From the NCBI GenBank assembly GCA_964016885.1, contig OZ024740.1:312914001-312978000 (forward strand): a stretch of 64,000 nucleotides of DNA. The letters are read 5' to 3'. The DNA comes from Eledone cirrhosa (Eukaryota). The translations under genes were made by a program, and so were the position numbers. This document shows, one piece after another, positions 1-11,762 of the stretch. Positions within the stretch are counted from its first letter, which is position 1; each line of letters starts with the position of its first letter. Below the pieces are notes generated by a model. That model was not told the DNA's origin, did no database searches, and saw nothing but the letters and a program-made list of their open reading frames with translations.

Positions 1-1905
1 AAAAATGTGTAGGAGCTTACAATAAGTGTGTACACATACACACACACACACACATATATATATATGACTAATTACTACACACACACACACATTATCTCTT
101 AATCTCACCATACATATAACAAAATGTCCAAAACTTATTGACAAAGGTATAAAACAGATTTAACATTAACCTGAAAATGTTTGCTCTATTTAAACTTGGT
201 TCACTGGCAAGATCTTATCTCATTTTGGTACATGTTTATGTATATTTCCCCTCAGACACACACATAGACACACATGCATACACGCACACATTCATAAACA
301 ATAAAATTGATTTGGTGTGTGACTATACACACACACACACACACTCACATTTATAAAAAATAATATTGATTTGGTGTGTGGCTTTATACACACACACACA
401 CACACACACAAATATGTTAACTATATATAATTCATGATCACCATTGTCATCCTCATCAAACCTAATAACCACCATCTTTACCAACTCCAGGGAACATCTA
501 CCAGATCACTTGATCTGCTAGAAATATTAACTAGATTTCTCTCAAATCAAGCCGTATCATATTTAAAAAGAAGGATATATAGTGTATGTAGGACTGCATT
601 ATCCCAAGAATTAAATTAAGTTGGATGTTCAAGAGTCTTTGATCATAGGTCAGTTCAATTTCAGTTGACCTAGGGCTAAACAACAACACCAACTCCATCT
701 CCCATCATCATAATAAGCCAAAGAAACTTTTATTTACTTTATTACTCTATTACATGTTCCAACGGAGGGGCTGAGGCCATGCTGGGGCACTGCCATTTAC
801 TTTTTGGTGGGTGGAGAGATGTACAAAAATTTTATTTCAAAATACTCAAATATATTTCTAGAATAAAATTGCATAAAAATAATAAAGAATTTAATATTTA
901 GTCAAACATACAGAAAAAGATAGTAGTATTGGAAAGGACTATAAATGCTATGAATGAGAGGAAAAAGAGGGAAAGAGCAAAGACTATTAGGCAACAAAAG
1001 AAAGGAGAAATGGGTAAAGGTGACAGACTCTACACCTAAGTCAGAGCAATGTTTCGGCTGTGCCCCCCTGTGGATAAAATGGCAAAGGCATTTCCGCAGA
1101 TAATGGCCAGTAATAACCACTGCAACAGCCACCCCACCTCACAGGGCTCCTTCCTCAGTTGGGCTGTTATCAATCTGATTTTACAGAAGAGGTCAGCTGT
1201 ACAGAGTCTGAGGATGCCTTGGTCTTGATGGTGACCGGTGCTAGAAACAGCAACCAAACTCTCCTCAAACCAAACCCTTACAATCTTAACACAGAAGGGA
1301 CAGATTTGACAACATAAAATTGGGATACAAATGACTGGAATGTTTCTGATTATCGGGCTTCTCAAACATGATTAAGCAGGAGTTAAATGAGAACAACAAC
1401 AACAATCATCATCAACATGACTGTCTATGTTCTGAGTTCAAATTCTGCTGACATCAACTTTGTCTTTCATCCTTCTGGGGTCAATAAAATAAAATACCAG
1501 TTAAGTACTAGGTTTGAAATAATTGACTTTCCCTTCTCTCAAATTGCTGGCCTTATGCTAAAGTTAGAAATGATTATTACTGCTTCTAACATCATCACCA
1601 CTATCTTCCTTCTCCTCCTCCTTTCTTTCCTCATCCTCTATCTTCACTATCTTCAACCTCCCTTCTCATCTCCCCCTCATCATCATCACCATTCCCACCC
1701 CCACCATCCCTTTTCCTTCTCCACAATTATCATCATCATTACCATCACCACCACACCATCTTCCCCTATTCCTTATAATCCATCTCATTGTCCTCCCCTC
1801 CTCCTTTTCCTCTATCTTCCTCCTCACTCTCATTCATCATCACTGTCTATTTTTAATTAGTAAGAGAGAGAGAAAGGATCGATACATATGTAAAGTGAAA
1901 CTCAC

Positions 1906-2122
1906 CCTTGAGAACCTGCGTAAAGATGTTGGGAATTGTCTGAAATGCCACTCAGTCATTGGAGAAAAGATGTTTTTGAGAATATCTTCTGAGAATGTAT
2001 TAATATTGATGATGTTGAAGTGACGCAGGAAACGGGGTGTTATCGGGTTACGACCTCCTCCAGCCGGAGCCATTGCTGACAGTATCTTCATATCAACTAA
2101 CTCAAACATGCTAGTGTCTTTT
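1906..2122 (-). CDS. Dynein heavy chain exon, AAA3
   Basis: [36 protein letters not shown]...RRFSR|GTGAG; next exon not found inside the window. Confidence 0.94.
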
Positions 2123-4927
2123 CTGGATTGAATAAACAAATAAGCGCAAAATATATGACACAGCAGTATAACACGAAATTGCATGCTAGCAAGTGGCTGA
2201 TGAGGTAGAATGCAGTTGTCTGTCCATCTTATGTAATTGTTTTTCTGCGTGTATTTTCTACTGATACTATAAGGTCTTAATGGTTTAAAGCACCTAGCCA
2301 GTATCTGGGAGATATGGAGTCCAATTCCTCAGCGATTGATTGCAACTTCTAGTCCAACCCTTGCTAACAGGGAAAGCAGACGTTAAAACAACAATGATGA
2401 TGATGATGAAACTATAAGATCCTAGTAGTGTAATGGTTTGCATGTTTACTACATACACCTCATACTTAACAGGAGATGTATAGTTCAATTTTCTTGTGTA
2501 GTTTGAGAACTTACTTTTTTATGAGGAAGTACCAGGACTGCATGTGGTGACATGATAAATCCTTTCCATCTCACATGATCAAGCATTAAATGCCTCGGTT
2601 CTTCACCAGACAGTTCTGTATCTTCTTCAACAACTCTCTTTAATGTTTGGAGAGGACTTCTGTGTTTGTGTTTCATATTAGTAAAAGTTTTGTCGCGGGT
2701 TTGTTGCCTCTCATGGCATGACCTGCAAGTTGAAGACACCTAACACGGATGGTATGGCTAATGGGTGAGTGGTTGCCATAGAGAATTTTATTTGTAACAC
2801 AGTCAAGAGGTTTGTTGTTTTTTATCCTTCTTATCATTCGTGTGTAACAACCATCTACAGTTTTGGTGAAAGGTATTGTCACCAACCATGATTAACAGGA
2901 ATACAGTAATATTGATTCCACTGTAGCTTTGAATAATCTAAACTTTTGTTTTTGTGGTTATGTTAGATTTCCACACCTTATCTACCAAGTTCACAGAAGA
3001 CCATGAAATAAAAATACCTTAAATAAAAACATGAAGAGAATTTAAAAAGTGTTGTCCTACCTGTCATACCAGAATCTGTGATCTAACCACTGTCTTAGGA
3101 GTTCTATTGGAGGTTGAGCTCCATATTTTTCAAGAGCTGGCATATTTAAATCATCAACAAATACACACAATGTTTTTTCTGCTGAAGGACCATAGACACC
3201 TTTACATCGCCTTAAAGTACAAAGGACATATATTATTTAATGTGAAATCAATCAAATATAAAAATAAAGACATATTATATTAAAACATTTTGAGCAGAGT
3301 TTTTCTTTATTTTCTAACAATTGTCTTTTATGAGATGTAAAGCATTTAACCTACCTTTCTAGTTTGGAGGTAATATTATCTTGAACATGATTGGTTGAAC
3401 TTACCTTTCTAGTTTGGAAACAATGATATCTTGAGTCTGGTTGGCTGAAGTTTGTGCTGAGAAGTTGATGTTACATGTTGCGTAGGAGCCTTTATTCAGT
3501 TTTAAGAGGAAATTGTTGATAACAGAACTTTTCCCTGTTCCCGTGGGGCCAACAAATAGTAAGGGCTTTCCTTGATGAAAGAAAAGCTCTAAGAAAAACT
3601 TCTGTCTTTCAGTTTCTTTTGTATTCACTATTATTTTGTTGATCTGGAAATGGATATGAAAGGTATTATAAATCATCATCATCATCATCATCACCTTCAT
3701 CACTGTTTAACGTCCATTTCCCATGCTAGCATGGGTTACGCGAGTTGTTCCGTTGTGAGACAAGTCAGATCAGATGACCATATCTTGCTCACACAGAATT
3801 GTTTTTGGCTTGATTTCTACAATGTGGATTGGGTGTTTTTGTTGTATCTCCAACATGACCACTTTTCAGGTTAGACTGGGAGCTTTTGTATTGCCACCAA
3901 CACGACCATCTGAAGCGACTGACAGAACAATCAATCAATCACAGAGTAAACCCCCAGTTATGGCTGCTACTCATTTTCAGCTGAGTATGCTGGAGCAAAG
4001 TAAAATGAAGTGTTTTTCTTAAGAACACAATACACAACCCAGTCCAGGAATCAAACCCACAACATTATAATCGTAAGTCCAACACCCTTACTACTAGGCC
4101 GTGTGCCTCCACCTCATAAGATATAAGAGGTCCAGTATGTTGAACCAACACTGCTACTGTGTCTCTAACATGATGATAAAACAAGTTATACTTTGTTATA
4201 ACCACGGCAGCAATACTAACTATAACCATGACTAACAGAACTAATCAAAGAAGTTTTAATTACCTTTGTTTTCTCTGTGATGATTGTTGGATCAACAAGA
4301 CTTTCCCAAGTCTTCCAAGATCCATAAAGCTTCTTCATATAAATATAATCATAGATGGATCCCTTCTTAGGGATTAAAAGACTCCGAGAGAATTTCATTT
4401 CTTTTGGTCTACGAAAACAAGATGTTATTTTTATTAGAATAACAAACACTTAAATATAAATTGAATATATATGAGAGAGAGAGAGAGAGAGAGTAACCAA
4501 AGAATTACATATATATGTATATATAATAAATAAGAGACGATTTTAATCGTACATTTCTATTTTATTCATTATACGTATTTCGAAGATGTAAGGTAGTTAT
4601 ATAATAACTCACATCTACGAAATACGTATAACCAATAAAATAGGAATGTACAAATAAAACTGTCTCTCTTATTTATTATAATAAAACTTTGGATGAACAA
4701 AAACCGTGGAGTGCTTCACATTGTCAAAGAATAAGTCGGCAAATTTCTAATCAACCAGCTTTCTTCAATTAAATATATGCATATATATATGCATATATAT
4801 ATATAATTAAGGTTGTTTTCCAAAGTGGATAAAAAAAACTGTAAAATAAGGCATTCAATATGTTAGTAGAGAAGAAGCATATTTATTTTGTATTGAAATG
4901 ACTTCTACAGGACTAGAACTGTTTCAT

Positions 4928-4960
<33 letters not shown>

Positions 4961-7900
4961 ATATATATATATACATACAGTGGAAGGAAGCCACAGTAAA
5001 GGTAGACCAAGAAAAACCTGAGCAGAAGTAGTGAAAGCTGATTTCAATTGCTGAGATTCACAGAAGTGATGATGAAGGAATGCAGTGAATGGAGAGATGC
5101 TGTGCTGAAAAGGACCCATCCAACCCATGCTAGCATGGAAAAACGGACATAAACATGATGATGATGGTGATATATATATATATGTATATATATGTATATA
5201 TATAAATACTTCCTTCTGTTTACCTTGTGTTTATATTTTCAGTATCACATAGCTTGTGGAAGAACTCTTGAAATCTGAGACTTGAATCAAGGTTCAAAGT
5301 TGCTGATAGTGACCAGACCAGTGCAAACATGAAGTGGGCAATAATCATGTTAAATCTTTCTTCAGATATTTTTTCCTGAATTACTGAATATCCTGCCATA
5401 TCATCAATGCTAACCATCTCTTCATCTTGTTGTCCCTCAATATGTCTGGAAAAAACCACAGATTTTCTTTGTTTATGCCAAGAATTTGCTTCTTTATTTA
5501 AAGATTTATTTGAAGGAAGATAGGTAGTATTCACCGGTCTCTAGAGTTCATTTCAGCTTGCCAAGGTTGATGCATACAAATAATGTACATATGAATTATG
5601 GGTGTAACTGTATAATCTTTGTCAGCCCAATTAATAAGCCTACTAGCTTAAAGGTTGACAGATCATATCCTATCACTATTATTGTGCTGGGTTCAACTAC
5701 ATAACTACTTGAAGCTTGTTAACTCAGCTGACCAAGCTATACATAAGAATGATAAGTTTGGGACAGTAAACTGTGCAATAAATGATTTCTTTTGACTAGC
5801 TAGCATACTCTATTATATGTTCCAGCCGAGAGGCTGAGGCCATGCTGGGGCACTGCCATGCTGGGGCACTGCCATGCTGGGGCATGCCTTCTTTTGAGGG
5901 AAATGATTATGTTTCGTTTAAATTAATTCTGGTTGAGATTAAAGGAATTAAATGGCTGAAGCTTATAGATTAATGACTTAAAATTCTGTGAGTCATTGGA
6001 GCATCACCGAAGACTTCAGACTTCCTTTTTATGTACTTTTAACATGGAATATGAGGTGTGTCAGAAAAGTAACAGGACTTTTTCCCATCAATGTTTCTGC
6101 TAATCATAATTATGATATTACATTGATCAATGAATTGTGATATCACATTGACACACTTGATCAGTAAAATCTGTTATGTGGAAGTTGAATGACATTTTCC
6201 AGTTTACTATTATGTGATTTATTTAGTACTTCTATTCAGTGTTAATCCTGGAGAACCCACATAATGAATAAATCACTTTATGGCTCACACCTTCAGCTTT
6301 CTGACATCATAAGGCACAAGAGGCTCACATTAGTTGCACATGTGAAACATCGCAATGAACCTGCTGGCAGAGTTCATTCCTAGAAACCTGATGTATGCAA
6401 ACGAGTTGGGAGACACACCACCACACTGAAGGATGTTCAAGTGTTTTTGTTAAGATCCACAATATTGTAATTAGTATTTGAATATGAGCCATTGAAAGGT
6501 GAATAGATTGCACTATAGACTTGGCTAGTTGAGACCATGGAATTTCTATTTGTGATATGTGGACCTGAAATTGTTTTGACATAAAAAATGTGGGCCTGAA
6601 ATTGTTTTGACACCAAAAATGGGCCACAAGGAAGAAAAGGTTGAGAAAGACTGGGCTAAGCAACATTAGCTAAACAAATAGCTGGTATGAAGATTAAGTG
6701 AAGTAAAATGACTCAACTGAGAATTAAACTGAAATTGTAGACACAACTTACTGGGAAATGACAGCCATTTTACATCCTAGTAATAAATCACTAGTGTAAA
6801 CATTGGGGTAAAGATAGACAAAAGATATATCACAGGGGGTGGGGTCTGAGGGCTAGGTGACTTGATGACAATATCAAATGGAATTTACCTGACGTCTTCA
6901 AGAAGACATTCATATAGTTTCAACATGTTAAGGACCAGGTGCATATATTGACAAGGTACAATCTGAGTGCAGTATTTGGTAACAAAGTTCAAACTACTGG
7001 GAAGTAACCAATTGAAAAGATACTGAAGTAGAGAAATAAAGGAAATGTCAAACAATGACAGCAATAAAAATAATATGTGAAATAAACAGCATAAATAATT
7101 TAGAAAAAAAATACAAATAATTGTTAAAACTAAAAACAGAATGAAGAAAAAATTGGTCATGTTTGGGGATCCAGCCAGATTAGTTGGAGACAGTTGCTTC
7201 TGATAGGACTCGCTGGAAGGAGTGTTTGAGAACTCTGCCTCCATGACCCTCTCTTTTTGATGGTGTTAAGCGATAGAGTACAAGACTATCCTGGACAAGA
7301 TGCCTGTACTCCACAGGGTTAAACCTCCAGCTACTGCTAGTATTCACTTCCAGCTGAGTATACTGAAATGAAGTGTTTTGCTCAAGAACACAACACATAA
7401 CCCACTCTAGAAATCAAACTGATGGCATTATGATTGTAAGTCCAACACCCTGACCACTAGGCCACATGCCTCCACTTAGTAATGACTACAGTGACAAAAT
7501 TAGCCTATGGGAAAGGGTTTACCAGGACTCAAATCTTAGCCCTCTTCTGTTTATCATAGATTCTCAGATTCATAAATTCCTAAAACTCTTGTTTGAATGC
7601 TTTGGGAAATAATGGTAAGATTGTGTTCGTTTGTTTTTTAGCAACTATCCAGAAAGAGAAAAGTAGTCTCTATCCATTACCCATTTTTTCAAGATCTCCA
7701 AGATTAGTGGGAGAAAGGAAAGTTATTCTCAAATTGAATTTTTAGCCAAAATACTTACAACAGAGTGAATCCCACTAAAGGTCCTTAAGGTACTTAAGAA
7801 ACTGTGTGATAAATAAAGTTTACCTCTCAAGAGCTCAGAACATAAAGATTCAGAATAGATACAATCATCATCATTTAACGCCTATTTTACACGCAGCATA

Positions 7901-10900
7901 GGTAATTTTGATAATCCATCACCTGGACTGTTACTTTATGTTATAAACTTCTTATAGATTTAGTGAAGAAATTGTTTTTTAACAAACATTAAATTGCCAA
8001 CTTTGTATGTATGTGTGACGTCCGAATGAGTATCCTACACTCCACCTCCAACTATCTTACCCTCCACCTCCACCAGAACAAATACCAGCAAGATATTTTG
8101 TTTGATTCTCTAGTGACTCTACCAATTCACTTATGACATGAAATAATTGTTTCTTCTTTTGGCACTAGGTCAGCAATTACCCCAGTGCATTACTGGATCT
8201 TTATCGACCTCGTAAGGATGAAAGGCAAAGCTAACCTTGGCGGGATTTGAACTCATAACGTAAAGGGCCATAACTCTATGCTGCAAAGCATGGTGTCTGA
8301 TGTTCTATCGAAACTGCCAATAGCTTCTAATTTTATAAGCACTGGCCTGATGAGCTGCTGGGCTTGAGACAGACTTTAGAGTCATTATTAACTCTTACCT
8401 TGCTGACTACACCTCTATATTGTCCGTGAGAGCTAGTAAGTCATGACAGTCTAGAAGTATCTAGTACTTCTTACAGCTGAGAAATGAAAAACAAGATACA
8501 CAGATATAAGTGAGTATAAAAATAAAAAACAAATAAAATAAAATAAAATAAAATAAAATAAAATAAAATAAAATAAAATAAAAATATAATTTTGGCCATC
8601 ACAGACGACCAGTAATCTTTCTCTTTGGATTCCATTTTTTTAAATCTATGAAGGTTGACTAAAAAGTTCATAGGCTGACTATGAAGGAATAATGTTAGTG
8701 CTGTGGAATTTTGCATGTATTAATTTCAACTCTACTTATTAATAACTGCATTGTTTTTTTCCAGGGACTATGTTGAAAAATAAACCTCATTTGGTCAATC
8801 CATGAGAGTATCTTAGTCAGCATAAAATCTTTATAGTCGACCCTCAAGTATAATATACACTCACTTCTATTGTCTTCTGTTCTGCTTTAGAGAAATCTTC
8901 TAGATTCTTCATCCAAGATTTTACTAAAGAGTTCCATCCTAGTTGCAGTGCATCCATGTAAATCATACCACACCTGAAGAATAAGTAAGGTAACTGTGAG
9001 TTTGTAGTTAAGTTGCAATAAATACATTGTAGCAAGGATTGCAGTAAGATGCCAGTCCATTGCAAAGTTAAACCCCCAGCTATTACTGGGACTCATTTTC
9101 AGCAGAGTATACTGGATCAATGTGAAATGAAGTGTTTTGCTTAAGAACATAACACACAACCCAGTCCAGGAATTGAACCCACGACCTTATGATCACATGT
9201 CTATTAAATGTTTTGACTACCATTCCACACCTCTGCAATATATGTTCTTAATGCTATGTCATAACATGATTTGACTGTTATGCTGCATCCCACACAACAT
9301 GTCCTAATTGTCACATTCTATCTCTTGAAATCAACAGAAGGATAATGTGTCTTGTGATTGAGATGAAATACAAGGTGGATGTGATCTGATATCAGAGCTG
9401 TATGCCCCTATAAGCTAAATAAGCTATAGCTTAGGGCCACACTCTCAGGGGCCTCATTTTTTAAAATGTATATTTATTTTACCATTAGTTTTTATTCTTT
9501 AATACTAAATCATCAAAAATTATATATATATCATTGTCATCATCGTTTAACGTCCATTTTCCACATTAGCATGGGTTAGATGGGTTGTCCCATTAGAAGC
9601 AAGTTGGGTCAGGTGACCGTGTCTTGCTCTCATGTGTGTGTGTGTGTGTATTTATTCTTTATCATTAAGATTAATATAAAAAATAATAATTATGCATAAT
9701 TAATACAAAAGATCCGACTTCCGATAGGTACAAGCTGAAGCTGAAACATAAAGACAGTATGGCCCCACCCCCTTCCCACTGTACAGTGGTCATGTAAGAA
9801 CCATGGTAAAAAGCACCCAGTACTCACTGTAAAGGAGGTTGGTGTTAGGAAGGGCATCCAGCTGCAGAAACCAAGCCAAAATCAGTTCTGTATGTATAAG
9901 ACATGATCATCTGACCTGGCATTGCCCACAACAGGACAACTCATCTAACCCATGCTAGCGTGGAAGAATGGATGTAAAACGGTGATGATGATGAATTATT
10001 AAAAATGATTTTACCCAAATTTTTTTAGAGAAGAGGCTCAAGGGGCTCAAATTTCATATAGCTTAGGGCCTCAGCAGGTAAAAGTTTAACCCTGTTTGAT
10101 ATCATTATGCCATAGCTACATGTACATATAGAACCCCTCATATTCTAACCAACAACAACATTAACAAAGAAAGTAAAGAGCAACAATATGTGAAGTACAG
10201 AACAACAATACATGGAAATGTGAAGAACAACAATACATTACCTACTGACAGTGGCAGGAGATGCTTGTTCAAGATGACACACTTCAAATATCATATTCTG
10301 TTTGTTGTTCATCTGTATAATTTCTCCACTCATGAGGCACAGCTAAATAGAGAAATTACATAGAAGTTACAGTGAAGGTGTGTGGCATAGTGGTTAGAGA
10401 GTTGGATTTACAATAGTGAGGTTGTGAGTTCAATTCTCAGACTTGGTGATGCATTGTGTCCTTGAGCAAGACACTTTAATTCCTGTTGCTCCCTCTGCCA
10501 GGAGTTGTGACTGGTTGATAGTATCAGCAATAGAAACATCGTTTCCTTGGTCTGATTTGACAACGTCCGCCCCACTTGGCGAGTGAATGAGGTTTGGGAT
10601 CTTGTCAATCGTTCCTAGAGATTGTGAAATACATATACACTGCTCATCAAAAATATATATTATCGTAGGTGTGATTCAGATATTCTATTGTATTTATGGG
10701 TCAGAGACTGGAGTGTGTTGGGGTCTTTATGTTAATCACTCAGGCCAGTTTTTGTATAGAGACTAAGATGTGTCTGTATGTGTAGCAGCAGCTGGACATT
10801 GGTCAGTTTTTTCCATCCATAGGCGTATTTTACTTGATTTTCTAAGCTATTATTTATAGCAATTGACTGTGTTTCCAGTTAATTTCTGTGTCTGAGATTC

Positions 10901-11677
10901 CTTCATTTTATATGAACTTTATAACTCCTCAGCGTTTTGAAAGTTTGATACTTTACTTGGTCTATGGCAGTGATAACACCTACTCCGTGGTCATTTCCAA
11001 ATCAAATATTTTCTCTATTTTCTTCGCTTATATCTTCTTGGTTTGTGTTTGCTGTAATTCTTTTATTGAGTAACTAATTATGCAATATGCACCCAATGAT
11101 GTCGTCAGGACTTTTTCATAACCTGACCATTGAAATATATATAGTGTTTTTGCAACAATAAAACTTTAAGGGAACTTCACCAGTCATTTTAATCAAAATA
11201 ATAACTCCGTTTCTGCACCACCAATAGGATTCAACATCAAAGATGGATGAGTTGCAAAATGCTGAGTGCTTTTCCTACTATTACATCAAGGTTAACTATA
11301 TGGGCTAACCAGTTCTATCCAGTGGTAAACCACCAAACTTAAATGTATATATATCATCATCATCATCATTTTATGTCCGCTTTTCCCTGCTTACAAGGGT
11401 GGGATGGGAACTGATTCTGGCTTGCTTTCTACAGCTGGATGCCCTTCCTAACACCAACCTCATTTACAATGAGTGCTGGGTGCTTTTTTTCCATGGTGCC
11501 TACATGTCCACTTTACAGTGTAGGCTGAGTGCTTTTTTGCTGTGGCACCTCCACAACCACTTTGCAATGGAATGATAGGGACTCCAGTCCTATCATCTCA
11601 TTTCTACAGCTGAGTAAACTGGAGCAATGTGAAATAAAGTGTCTTGCTCAAGGAAACAACACTTTATTTCGCATTGC

Positions 11678-11762
<85 letters not shown>

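Noticed and set aside
130-173. Possible acceptor for the next dynein exon
   Set aside because: Early in-frame stop and no expected LPTPxKSHY motif; the next exon is probably outside the window
8345-8380. CTGATGA followed by a small hairpin
   Set aside because: GAGA rather than GAAA follows, there is no stem I partner, and it matches the SINE family C tail (20285-20330)
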